Below are positions 63,987 through 64,000 of a stretch of DNA of 64,000 nt, piece by piece. The notes under the pieces are model-generated. The model did not search any database. It had not been told where the DNA came from and saw only the letters and a program-made list of their open reading frames with translations. This DNA is from Candidatus Adlerbacteria bacterium (lineage in GTDB: Bacteria; Patescibacteriota; Minisyncoccia; Phycocordibacterales; SBAW01): the NCBI GenBank assembly GCA_026397405.1, contig JAPLUW010000001.1:239825-303824 (forward strand), given 5' to 3'. Position numbers and translations under genes: made by a program. How positions within the stretch are numbered: the first letter of the stretch is position 1; each line of letters starts with the position of its first letter.

Positions 63987-64000
63987 GTATCCATTGTAAC

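Noticed and set aside
1-64000. CRISPR array, rRNA, prophage, transposase, reverse transcriptase
   Set aside because: No regularly spaced repeats or diagnostic motifs seen; long antisense ORFs (e.g. 13543-14253, 28711-29487, 38201-39160) are shadows of real genes.

Overview
This window looks like the replication-origin region of a Patescibacteria (CPR, Parcubacteria-like) chromosome; the lineage call is inferred from gene content and style. It holds the dnaN-oriC-dnaA / rpmH-rnpA-yidC-jag block and housekeeping genes (polA, tsaE, ruvB/yebC/ruvC, tyrS, PBP1A, rsmA, pcrA, comM, pnp, rpsO, xer, xth, cca, lnt). It also has a PilB ATPase, a ~13 kb divergent type IV secretion cluster (VirB4, PrgI, VirB6-like, VirB2-like), five tRNAs, a parS cluster, a Phd-RelE pair and an orphan PemK/MazF toxin. 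Five signals go beyond the routine annotation. (1) A ~50-bp palindromic element is inserted in frame into polA, pnp and trmH, with a divergent copy in pcrA; the copies share a core but have locus-specific inverted arms. (2) A 6S-like rod RNA with its own promoter lies between pilB and ruvB. (3) The orphan PemK toxin is faced by a convergent small structured RNA. (4) A leaderless leader-peptide attenuator precedes a lone ATP-grasp-like enzyme. (5) Core genes appear leaderless, whereas about nine ORFans sit in self-contained promoter-SD-ORF-terminator cassettes. All calls come from reading the sequence by eye; no database searches or folding programs were run.
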